Part shown: positions 53,560 to 64,000 of the stretch, in pieces | How positions within the stretch are numbered: position 1 is the first letter of the stretch | How the letters are laid out: every line of letters starts with the position of its first letter | Origin: Paraspadella gotoi | Lineage: Eukaryota > Animalia > Chaetognatha | DNA length: 64,000 nt | Reading direction: 5' to 3' | Assembly (NCBI GenBank): GCA_051294375.1 | Contig: CM119270.1 | Location: 15,332,863 to 15,396,862, forward strand | Position numbers and translations under genes: made by a program | The notes under the pieces: generated by a model | The model's input: only the letters and a program-made list of their open reading frames with translations | Database searches by the model: none | Told to the model about the DNA's origin: nothing

Positions 53560-55260
53560 TCCATGTCTAACGCTCTGCGTTTTCTCACGGTTTTCCCAAA
53601 CTTCGGCGATGTCTTCGTCTACGGAGGGCAGGACACAGTGGCATTGTTGGCGATCGTTGCGTTGTGGGCGCCGTCGCTTGGGCGGCTGCTTTTGTATCGC
53701 GCTGCAACGGATCCCATGCGACTTACGGCAAGCGAAGATAATTGGACGGAGATTGTGACCGAAACCGGAAGAAAACGGAGCGAAGGCGAGATTACTGGAA
53801 ATACGGCATCGTCGATTCGCCCCATATTGGCGAAATCCAAAACTTATTTTGTTAAAATAAATTCAATGTCGCGTCTCGTTTGCTATTAGTAATAATAATA
53901 ATCAATTTAAAAAATCTAGCTCTTTATAATTTTTGGTTCGGCCCCAGTAAACGCCTGGTAATCTACGAGCGCCGATTCAATTTCAAAAAGGAGCGAAAAA
54001 GGGAGGGCAAGCTTGGATTGCTTTCTTAATTAGTTTGCGTGTCCACTCGTCGGAAATATGCTTCGTTCGGGATTGAGCCCGGTTTCCCGCCCCGAAGAAA
54101 AAGAAGCATCAACTCCCAAAAACCAAAGATGGGACCTGGGAGCCGATTTGCGGGATCCTTCTAGCAACGTGATGTCGGATGTTCGTTCGCGCGGAACTCT
54201 GACCACTCGCCCGCCATGCTTTCGCCTCTGGAGCATTCTCGTCTCTCCCCTATCGTTTCCCCTCGGCTTCACGCGCCGCCTATCGCCCGGCCTCATCTCC
54301 CGCTTTCCTCTCTCTCCTCTTGCCGCGTCATGCTCGATCTCATGACGGCGCGGAAATTGACGGACGTCGACCAAAGACTCGAGGGATTCTCTCGCTTTAA
54401 TCAACAGGTTCATGGCCCACGCCAGGAATTTCTAGCGCTACTCAGACCGAAATCAAGGTTCGTGAGGAGACGCTGCGAACAAGGAACTCAGTTTTAATTT
54501 GAATCAGAAATGCGGGTGGATTTTTAAAGGAGTGTGGAGCGTGGAAAGTTGTAGTTATTTTGTTTTCAAATGCAAGTTCAAGTGGTAAGATGAAATTCTT
54601 TTTTTTTTTTTATTGTTTTACTTGGAACAAGAAACAGGTAGAAATTAATAGGTTCATAAATGATTTTTTTTTTTTTCAAAATTAGCGACCTGGACTTTAT
54701 TTCTTATATCTATCTCGATTTGAGGCGTGGCAATCCCATGAATACAGGCGGAAGCCGAAAGCCTCGTTCCTCGCCAGGGTAGAAGGTCCGTTCCTTCATC
54801 TCTTCACCTCGAGATGTCCTAATTCGAGCGATTCCACGAGCCGCCAGCGTCAATCCTATAGAACGTGCAGGTAAGCCCTATTTTCTTATGCTTTTTTTCC
54901 AATCAATTATAATTAATTATTATAATTAATTATTATGATAGAACCATTCTCTGCGTTGTTAATTATAATTATTATATAATTAATGATAGATAATTAATTA
55001 TATATATATAACTGTTATGTATAGTGTATATATAATTTATATATTTTAATAGAAAAATAAATCGTTTTTGGCCTTCTTTTCTCGGCTTATCGCCTACAAG
55101 CCCTCATCTGGTCTCCAGATGGGCCGCCGGCCTACGGGAAGGAAATCTTATAAATCTTTATCCGGCAACATCGGTCCATTTCAAGATCAATTTGAAGCTT
55201 CTGAAATTTCCTCCGTCCACCTTGTATAAGATGGGGAGACGCCGGAAGGAAACCGATGTA
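53560..55260 (+). CDS. Exon-like GC-rich islands of an unidentified multi-exon gene
   Basis: Islands at about 53560-53850, 54030-54470, 54725-54870 (donor gcag|gtaagc) and 55080-55257 between AT-rich introns. Confidence 0.3.
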
Positions 55261-57725
55261 TTTAAGAAAAGGGCAATTGCGAGGGTTTGAAACAGGCGAA
55301 CTTTTCGATTCCGATCTCTATAATTCACTTGTCGTCACTTCCGGTCCGCCTTCGTTGTGGGCATTCCTTTACGTCAGAACTCGTTGGTAATTTCCAAAAA
55401 AAGATGTCTGTCCCGTCCGTCCATCTCACCTCGTGATTCGATGTGGATTGGATGTAGTGTGTGGGTCACTGGGTAGGGAGGAGTATTGGGGACATGGATA
55501 CGAAGGATACTGTTGCCGAAGTGGAATAAAGTTTTAAAGTATGGAAAAAACAAAGCAACAATGTTATTTTCAAACTATTTGACACCAATTTGGCTCATGA
55601 GTGGGATGGGAGCGATTGACTTTGAAATTTTTTATTTGATTAAAAAAAGGTTTGTGATTAACAAGGAAAACCATGAACCTGGTTTCACCTATAGTTGATT
55701 ATTTAAGCGTAGCAAAAATATTTAAATGCAAGTAGACATGCAAATTCGAAAAGTAAGATGATCAGCGAAAACGGCTTGTACCTGTAAACATTTTTAAATA
55801 AAAAAGTAATTTTTATTTCTCATTTTTTGCATACCGCGCCACGATTTATACATGTACTCGCCATAAGAACATGTTAAAATTCTAAAATGTTTTTACAAAG
55901 GCAGATTCTGAATTCCTCACGTTCGTAAAAGTTGATATAAAAGGAATATATTAAATCTTTTAGAAAGATTAGTCATTAAGTTGGATCAAAAATCCTAAAA
56001 ACTAGTTATTATTAACCTATAAACTAATAAAAACCATATAATTTTTTAAATTTTTTGGATTAAAAATGATATGGTCCTAGGTCGGATAATTTTGATTAGA
56101 CCTTATATTTATATCCTTTTATCAAACTTTTATGAGGAATTCGAATCTGCTTTCAGAAACCAAAGTGTGAAATTTCTTTGATTTCACGCCTAAACAATAT
56201 TGGCTCGACTAAGGCGTTGCCCGTCGCCTTGCAAGTTTGACGAGGTTATAAACGAAGAAATTGTTTACAAACACTTTATTTGGTCACAGTATAAATCCCC
56301 GTAAAAACTCAGTTGAGGACGGGACAGAACGCGTTTACAGAAAGTCAAAAACAAAATAAAGGTTGCTTAGTAAGTGCTCTCCCCAAATTGTTGGGTGGAG
56401 AACAGACAGATCGGCATAGAAGATTATTCACCTGGGGACACGTAAGGTCAAGATAAAGTCGGTCAAACTAATAACTAAGAATTACGAACATGAGTTGAGG
56501 GAAAAAGGACCTAAACGAGACGTTGGTGAGAGCAGTTTAGTTTTTAAAAATTGTTACACATTTTTCTAGATGGTAAGTTAGCTCCTGTCGCGGCTTATGC
56601 GAAAATTGAAGAAATTAAAAACAATCTTTTTTATATATATCAATGTTGCTAATCTAGTCCGCAAGACTGTTCATGATTTAACTATTCCGAATTTTGATCT
56701 GTTACTTTCATACGGCCTTAATTATTATGGCTTCTTTTTTCTTTATATTTAAATGTTAAAAATGCAAGAATGTAGTGAATTAATCACTAATTAATCAGTC
56801 AATTAAGGTCAAATCAATTAACAAACATTGTCGGAATCAAAATTAATTTACTGCTAAGTTGCCGATTAATTTAAATAATTAACGATTTGAATAAATATTA
56901 TTAATTAAATAATTATTAATTAATTAATTACCTGAGTAATGATCGTTGGGCAGAGTCCTACATGTTAACATCACTTGTTTCCATTTTAACTCAATTTTCC
57001 ACTTAGTAGACGATTCCATCGAAACTTGATTTCCTGCTCAATCACACCGCCGGTACCATCTCCGAACAGACAGACAGACGACGGGCGATGATCATTTTTT
57101 TGCTATTTTAATTACATAAAGAAGTTTTAATTATTTGCAACCAATTTATTATGAAAGACGAACATCGTTCGGGCTCGAATTCGAGCGCTTCAAGCAGTGG
57201 GCGAAAATGTCTTTTAATAATAAATTGTTTGTTGCAAGATGAATTAAGCTGTCCTTATAATCTAACAAAGCCAAAGCAAAACAAAGATTTACACGATAAT
57301 GCATGATTTATGCATAATTCCGATATTCTGAAGAATGATTGTAGGTGACTCAAACCGGAACGAGATTTAGGGTGGAACCTGACGGGACGCGAGCAAGGTG
57401 AATATAGAGGCGGCGAATCTGCTGTAGAGGCAGATCCGGTCGCTAAAAAAAAACAAACAAGTTTGAGAAAACGGAACAAGAGCGGGGATCTGCCTACATT
57501 ATTAGTAGTAAGCAGCTGATCAGTAATTTTATTTTTTAAAACTTAGTAATCTATCTGATTGAAGAAACGGGTATAGTTTACTAGCGATTATAATCTTTAA
57601 AAGCGACATTCAAGAAATGTTTATAGAAAAGTTTTTAGTATTATATACATGTGTGTCCCCATGCTACTGTCTGTTAAGGAAAGCTTACTGCTTCCTATAG
57701 CCAGATCGAAAACCACTCTTGATTT

Positions 57726-57925
57726 TATGGTGGACGTAAAATCCACGCAAACCGTTTCATATTCGCGCGGCCATTGGTGCCGCCGGAGGGCAAGTCATGT
57801 CGCTTCCCAATCCCAAAAAGTTCGGTGTTCGTAGCCGGTGGTACGCCTACATTTTAAGAGGGGACGGGGGTGCTTACCCGCCTGTAACATGGTGTTACAA
57901 TAGCCTGAATCCAGCTGCAGGGACT
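57726..57925 (+). mobile_element. tRNA-derived SINE, copy 4
   Basis: tatggtggac..aaatccacgcaaaccg..ggccattggtgcc..gcaagtcat..cgcttcccaa..agaggggacgggg..gtgttacaa. Confidence 0.75.
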
Positions 57926-58129
57926 TTTCATATTGACGGTAATTTATAATCTATTAAAATATTTTTTTCCTAATTTTTTTTAAAAATAATATTATGTTTA
58001 TAATCTAAAAAGATTTAAAAAAGGAGAAATAAAGCCTTCATTTCAATTGAATGTTTTGCAGCATCAAAAATCTTATTTAAAAAATTGAATTCGTAAATAA
58101 TAGTGTTAAATAATGGTAAGCCAACTTAT

Positions 58130-59060
58130 CTTTGTATTGTTATCTCAGAAATCGAAATTTCCAACATAGTTCTTCCGCGCACGTATGTAAAAGTAAAACA
58201 GACAGTACCCCATTGGGATAGCACTGTATTAAAGATAAATGATATAAAAAGTAAAAATATCAAGATAAGGACTTTAGAAGGGAACAGTGTCAAGAATATC
58301 GGAAGTCGGGATAGAACCAAAAAACGTGAAACGAGAGAGGCGAGAAGAGAAGAGGAGAGTAAAGAGAGAGAGAGAGAGAAGAGAAGAGAGAGTGAGAGAG
58401 AGTATATATTGGTCGGGACGCAGAAGGCATAGTATTTTCACAAAAATCATCTTTTCGTTTTTTTAATTATAAAGTGAACCGTGTGACCCTCAATATTTTT
58501 CGACGGGGATCTTTGGTAAAGGAGTGGGCAGGGAAGGGAGAAGGAAATGTTGGACATAAACTTTTGATAACACGCCAGACAGAAAGAGACCAAGTTAAAA
58601 TGGCAAGTAATCCTCCGACCCAAAATACCTTGCGCACGTGTCAGTGTGGTGTCGTCCCCACTGAATTCAGCGGTGCTGCATACCGCTAATCATGACGATA
58701 GGACTGAAGGAAAGAAATTAAATGTCTGACTCTCGTCTCTTGCATCTGATAATCATCGCTCGCAGGCGAGGTCGGCGATTTTTCTCCGGCGTGGTAGTTA
58801 CGACGTGGGGTCATTCAGGGTGAGAGGGGTTCGAAGAGCGCGGCGACAGAAGTTTGGGGGGCATCGGAGCGGGAAAAGAGGCAGGGAAGCTCATGCCGTA
58901 GGTTGTCTGCCTGCGCGTCGGGGAGAAGGAGATCTCACTCGTCAAACCCAAGAGCCTCGCACACGTGTCGAGCCGCCGCCATTCCATTCGGGGTTGGCCG
59001 CCAACCACCTTCGCCTCCTTAGTCACGGTGCGCGGAGATGTCGAGAAAATTGGCGCAGGT
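58130..59060 (-). CDS. Exons with SRCR-like motifs
   Basis: W...AARHVCEALGF (about 58940-58990) and QWGTVC....AEELCWKF (about 58150-58215, one frameshift) resemble SRCR WGTVC...A.VVCRQLGF. Confidence 0.35.
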
Positions 59061-59438
59061 TGGGAATAAGAATGAGACTGATTAATCCGAATCTTTCCAT
59101 TTTAAATANNNNNNNNNNNNNNNNNNNNNNNNNTTCTTCCTCCCTTTCTTCCTCCCTTTCTTCCTCCCTTTCGTCTTCGTCACTTTCGTTCTCTCATCCT
59201 TTCGACTGCTCTTTGCCAAGCGGCTGTGACCGAAATTGATAAAATTTAACAATACAAATCGTAATGTATGCAAAGATAATTTAAATATCTAACCAGACAC
59301 TAAGGAATTAGTGGTCCCCAGTGGTCCCCTGTATAACCTGAGTTAACCTTATTATGTGGACGCAACAAGTTTCAGAGTAAGAATGATTCATTTAATTTCA
59401 TCGAACGAAATGTTTTATTGCAAGGTATTTTATCTTTA

Positions 59439-62295
59439 TTAGTCTAAGTTCGTGCTTCGTATTTTCAACTCGTCGGTCATCGTCTTCGTCTCGAGTCTTT
59501 GGTCATCGCTCTTCGTTCGTCGTCTTCGTCTTTCAATGTCTCGTCTTCGTCGTCTTTGTCATCGTCTTCTACGTCGTCGTCTTCGTCGTCATCGTTCTTC
59601 GTCGTATCTTTGTCTCTGCTCTCTTCTACGTCATCGCTTCTACTCTCCGTGTCGTCATCGTTCTTCGTCGTCATCTCTTCGTCGTCTTGTCATCGCTTTC
59701 TACTCGTCGTTCTCGTCTTCTTTCGTCGTCATCGTTTTTCGTCTTTGTATCGTTTGTATCGTCTTCTACGTCGTCGTCTTCGTCGTCATCGTTTCTCGTC
59801 TAGTTGTCGTTTGTTCATCGTCTTCTACGTTCGTCGTCTCGTCGTAGTCTCTCGTCATCGTTTTCGTCGTTCTTTGTCATCGTCTTCTACGTCGTCGTTC
59901 TTCGTCGTCATCGTTCGTTCTCGTTTCGTCTTTGTCATCGTCTTCTACGCGTCGTCTTCGTCGTTCATCGTTTTCGTTCGTCTTTGTCATCCGTCTTCAC
60001 GTCGTCTTCGTCGTCATCGTTTTCGTCGTCTTGTTCATGTCGTCTACGTCGTCGTCTGTCGTCCGTCACTCGTTTTTCGTCGTCTTTGTCATCGTCTTCT
60101 ACGTCGTCGTCTTCGTCGTCATCGTTTTCGTCGTCTTTGTCATCGTCTTCTACTCGTCTCTTCGTTCTCATCGTTATTCGTTCGTCCTTTGTCATCGTCT
60201 TCTACGTCGTCAGTCTTCGTCGTATCGTTTTCGTCGTCTTTGTCATCGTCTTCTACGTCGTCGTCTCTGTCGTCATCGTTTCGGTCGTCTTGTCATCCGT
60301 TCTTTCACTGTCGTCGTCTTCGTCGTCATCTTTTCGTCGTCTTTTGGTCCATCGTCTTCTACGGTCGTTCGTCCGTTCGTTACGTCATCTTTTCGTCGTT
60401 CTTTGTCCATCGTCTGTCTGCTGTCGTCGTCTTCGTCGTCATTCAGTTTTCTGTCGTCTTTGGTCATCGTCTTCTAACGATCTCGTCTCCGTCGTCATTC
60501 TTTCGTCGTCTTTGTCATCGTCTTCTACAGTCCGTCGTGTCTTCTGTCGTCATTTCGTTTTCGTCTCTTTGTCATCGTTCTTTCTACCCTTGTCCATTCG
60601 TCTTTCCTGTCTGTCATCGTTGTTTCGTGTCTTTGCATCGTCTTTCTACGTCACCGTCTCGTCTTCGTTCGATTTCATCGTTTCGCTCGTCTTTGTCAAT
60701 CGTCTTCTACGTCGTCGTCTTCTCGTCATCGTTTCGTCGTCTTGTCATCGTCTTCTCACGTCGTCGTCTTCGTCGTCATCGTTTTCGTCGTCTTTTGTCA
60801 TCGTCTCTACGTCGTCGTCTTCGTCTCGTCATCGTTTTCGTCGTCTTTTCATCGTCTTACGGTCATCGTTCTTCGTCTGTTCATCGTCTTTCGTCGTCTT
60901 TGTCATCGTCTTCTACGTCAGTCGTCTTCGTCGTATCGTTTCGTCGTCTTTGTCATCGTCTTATCTACGTCGTCGTCGTCGTCTCATCTTTTTCGTCGTT
61001 CTGTGTCATCGTCTTCTTACGTCGTCGTCATTCGTCTTCATCGTTTTCGTCGTCTTTGTCATCGTCTTCTAACGTCGTCGTCTTTGTCGTCATTCGTTTC
61101 TCGCGTCCCTTTGTCAATCGTCTATCTACGTCGTCGTCTTCGTCGTATCAGTTTCGTCAGTCTTTGTCATCGTCGTTCTAGTATCCTCGTCTTCCGTCGT
61201 CATCGGTTTTCGTCGTCGACTTTTGTCATCGTCTCTTACTCTTCGTCTCGTCGTCATCGTTTTCGTCGGTCTTTTGTCATCTCTTCTACGTCGTATTTTT
61301 TCTTAACCCTCCTCGTCTATCGTCTGTCATCTTTTCGTACCTCTCGTGGATCATCGTCGTCTATCTACGTCGTCGTCTTCGTCCGCATCTTTCGTCGTCT
61401 TTTCTATCGTCTTCTACCGTACGTCGTCTTCGTCGTCCATCGTTTTCGTCGTCTTTTCATCGTCTTCTACGTCGTCTCTTCGTCGTCATCGTTTTTCGTC
61501 GTCTTTTGTCATCGTTCTTCTTACGTCGTTCGTCTGTCGTCGTCATCGTTTTCAGTCGTCTTTGTTCATCGGTCTTTCTCGTCGTTCGTCTCGTCGTCAT
61601 CTTTTCGTCGTCTTTGTCATCGTCTTCTACGTCGTTCGTCTTCGTCGTCATCGTTTTCGTCGTCTTTGTCACAACCCCCGTCGTCTTCTTACGTCGTCGT
61701 TCTTCGTCGTCATCGTTTCGTCGTCTTGTTCATCGTCTCTACTCGTCGTCTTCAGTCGTCATCGTTTTTCGTCGTCTTTGTCATCGTCTTCTACGTCGTT
61801 CGTCTCGTCGTTCATCGTTTTCGTCGTCTTGTCATCGTCTTCTACGGTCGTTCGTCTTCGTCGTCATCGTTTTCGTCGTCTTTGTCATCGTCTTCTACGT
61901 CGTCGTCTTCGTTCGTGCATTCGTTTTCGTCGTCTTTGGTCATCGTCTTCTACTCGTCGTCTTCGTCGTCATCGTTTTCGTCTCGTCTTTGTCATCGTCT
62001 TCTACGTGTCCGCTCATTTCATCGTCCGTCATCCGTCTTATCGTCGATCCGTTATTGTCATCGCTCTTTCGTCACCGTTCGTGCTCTTATCCTAGTCACG
62101 TCTAGACCTCGTAATCCAACACAAATCTGGTGAGGATACGGAGGGCAGGAGTTAACGTCGTCGTGAGAAAAGGATTTCACAAACAACGGAAGCCACCGCA
62201 TCGGGTCGTCGTCTTCCTCCCTCCTTCCTCTCCTCCTCCTCCATGTCTGTCGTCTTTCGCGTCACTCATCGTCGTCGTCGTCGGACCCATAGAGG
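59439..62295 (-). CDS. Extremely acidic Asp-rich repeat protein, about 50 x (DDDKDDENDDDEDDDVE), frameshifted by read errors
   Basis: 51-bp unit; the Asp frame is the only stop-free minus-strand frame of the unit; acidic non-repeat leader DLYGSDDDDDE..MEEEE..EDDDPMRWLP; stop followed by two AATAAA (59435-59440, 59414-59419). Confidence 0.6.
59476..62010. repeat. 51-bp tandem array (tttcgtcgtctttgtcatcgtcttctacgtcgtcgtcttcgtcgtcatcgt)n
   Basis: Clean unit at about 60075-60150; about 2.5 kb long. Confidence 0.95.
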
Positions 62296-62869
62296 TCAGC
62301 CGGAGGCGAAACAAATGAAAGGGTTACAATCAATTCGCGACTCTTTTAAATAGCGACCCCTAGCACTCAGTCACGTATGTGTCGTCTGTCGTCGCGTCCG
62401 TCGCGTCGATCGTCGTCGCTACGAAGTCTTTTATAAGTACAGCAATTTGCGGCTGTGAAGAAATCGCATTCCTGTCAACTGACAAAGTGATCACCATGGC
62501 AATCCGATTGCGTGAGAGAAATGAGGGTTGGGAAGGAGAAGGAAGAGGAGAGGGTGGAGGGAGGACGTGATAGTGATAGTGGCTGCGGAGGTGGGAATGC
62601 GTGGAAGTAGGGTGGTGGCATGCAGATGACCGTATGCACAATTGGAGAGAAAGGAGTCAGAAAGGGCCGGGAGCGAGAACAATTGAGAATAAGAGCGAGA
62701 AAAGGATACAGATGGAGACCAGAGAGAGGAAGCAACAAGAGTTCGGGTGTTTCGGATTTATTCGATTTGTGCGCATATTCGGCGAGTGAGAGAGAGACAG
62801 AGAGAGAGGAGAGAGATGAGAGAGAGAGAGAAGAAGAGAAGAGAAGAGAGAAAGAGAGAAGAGAGAGTA

Positions 62870-62950
62870 GGCTGGCCATCACGTCATCGATAGACAGTCG
62901 TGGGGGCGTCGGTAATTCTTGTACATTATGAATAAAGGGAAAGTCGCAGA
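62870..62950 (-). CDS. Fibronectin type II-like motif exon, possibly a 5' exon of the Asp-rich gene
   Basis: CDFPFIHN then (shifted) KNY..HDCLS..DGQP, compare FN2 CxFPFxYxGxxYxxC....DG. Confidence 0.3.
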
Positions 62951-64000
62951 AGGAATGATATGCACAGTGGACGTCGGAAATAACGACGAAGAGTGTATCA
63001 CTGTGCCGCCGTGTGCCGACGTGTGCCGGTTTCGTGAGGACCAAAGACAAATATGTTCCATTATCTTTGGCCATTTTCGGATCTCCGGGATTTATTTCTG
63101 CTTTTAATGGAAATTGTCTTTGTTTAATAAATTCTTAATCAGTACATACTTTAGGAGGAAAGAGCGAGGAAAATTAAGAATAGAAAAAAAAGAAAGAAGG
63201 AGACAACGAATAACGAAGAACATAGAGAGGAACAGAACAAAAAAAATGAAGAACAAACAGAAGAACATGGAAGATAAGAGGAACAGAGAAAAGAAGAACA
63301 AAAACGAAGGAAAGATTCGAGTCAAAGAAGAGTTAGGAATTTGGAGATGTAGGGCTTTCGAATGAGGAGGAAGAGGAGGAGGAGGAGGAGGAGGAAGAGG
63401 AGAAAACGGAAATGATGATGGACAGGGCGTGGGCAGAAAGGGAAGGATGAATAGAATAGGGGATGGTGAGAGGGTGAGAGGATGTGATAGTGTGTGAGAG
63501 GGTGTGAGAGGGTGTGAGAGGGTGCGATAGAGACGGAGTGACAAGATCGAGGAGACGAAATCATCGACGACGAAACGTGAAAAGTCGATGGTGAATCACA
63601 ATTGATCACAAAATGTTGCGACAAAGGAGAAACACGAATGTCGGTGAAGGAGGAATTTGTGAATGGAGAAAAGGAGAATGTGAATGGGGAACGTGATGGG
63701 TTTTCTAGAGATTATCGATTATGAACTAAGGGGTCAACCTGAGAGGAAATGGTTTTGTGGTTAACGACTAAATCAGACAAAAAATATTAACTGTATATAC
63801 GTAAAAAAGGTGAAAGGAATCATCAGCAACGAACGAAATTATCAACAGCGAACAAAAAATCGACGAACGAACGAACGAACGTGTCAAAAGCGAACGAAAC
63901 CGTCAACGCGATCGACAAAAACGTCAACGACGAACGAGATTCGTTCACTCGGGTTTAATCAAAGAGAAACGGATTTACGCGACGACGAGTGAAAAAAAAA

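Noticed and set aside
58560-58670. DEG/ENaC-like TTLHG motif on the minus strand
   Set aside because: Needs two edits, spacing to TM1 is wrong, and no FPxxTxC motif follows.
59476-62010. CRISPR-like array
   Set aside because: Head-to-tail repeats without unique spacers, eukaryotic context, no cas genes.
59499-62133. Long plus-strand ORFs (560, 422, 463 aa) rich in Ser, Arg or Val
   Set aside because: The 51-bp unit has no plus-strand stops in any frame, so long ORFs are expected. The translation switches between S-, R- and V-rich text, and the flanks favour the minus-strand Asp frame.

Overview
Animal (metazoan) genomic DNA from a noisy, gap-filled assembly: dense 1-nt indels, 9 N-gaps and abundant (AG)n/(CTTT)n microsatellites. 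Nearly all real reading frames are broken, and most long ORFs in the supplied track are low-complexity artefacts. Reading across frameshifts gives: (1) a BAD-like BH3-only gene in two copies (1-332, 20250-20778); (2) about 8 kb away, a multi-exon gene with two tandem death domains, FADD-like (about 8.9-11.2 kb); (3) a secreted precursor of signal peptide + acidic propeptide + inhibitor-cystine-knot (ICK), toxin-like (42389-42846); (4) two minus-strand paralogs with a 51-bp repeat encoding the 82%-acidic unit DDDKDDENDDDEDDDVE (about 50 and about 6 units), a biomineralisation-type protein candidate; (5) a BEL/Pao LTR-retrotransposon integrase remnant, four copies of a tRNA-derived SINE, and weaker MAM-, SRCR-, FN2- and homeobox-like exons. 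The first 22 kb holds direct and inverted segmental duplicates that are probably uncollapsed haplotypes or misjoins. All protein calls are by-eye motif recognition and most need frameshift correction; no database search was run.
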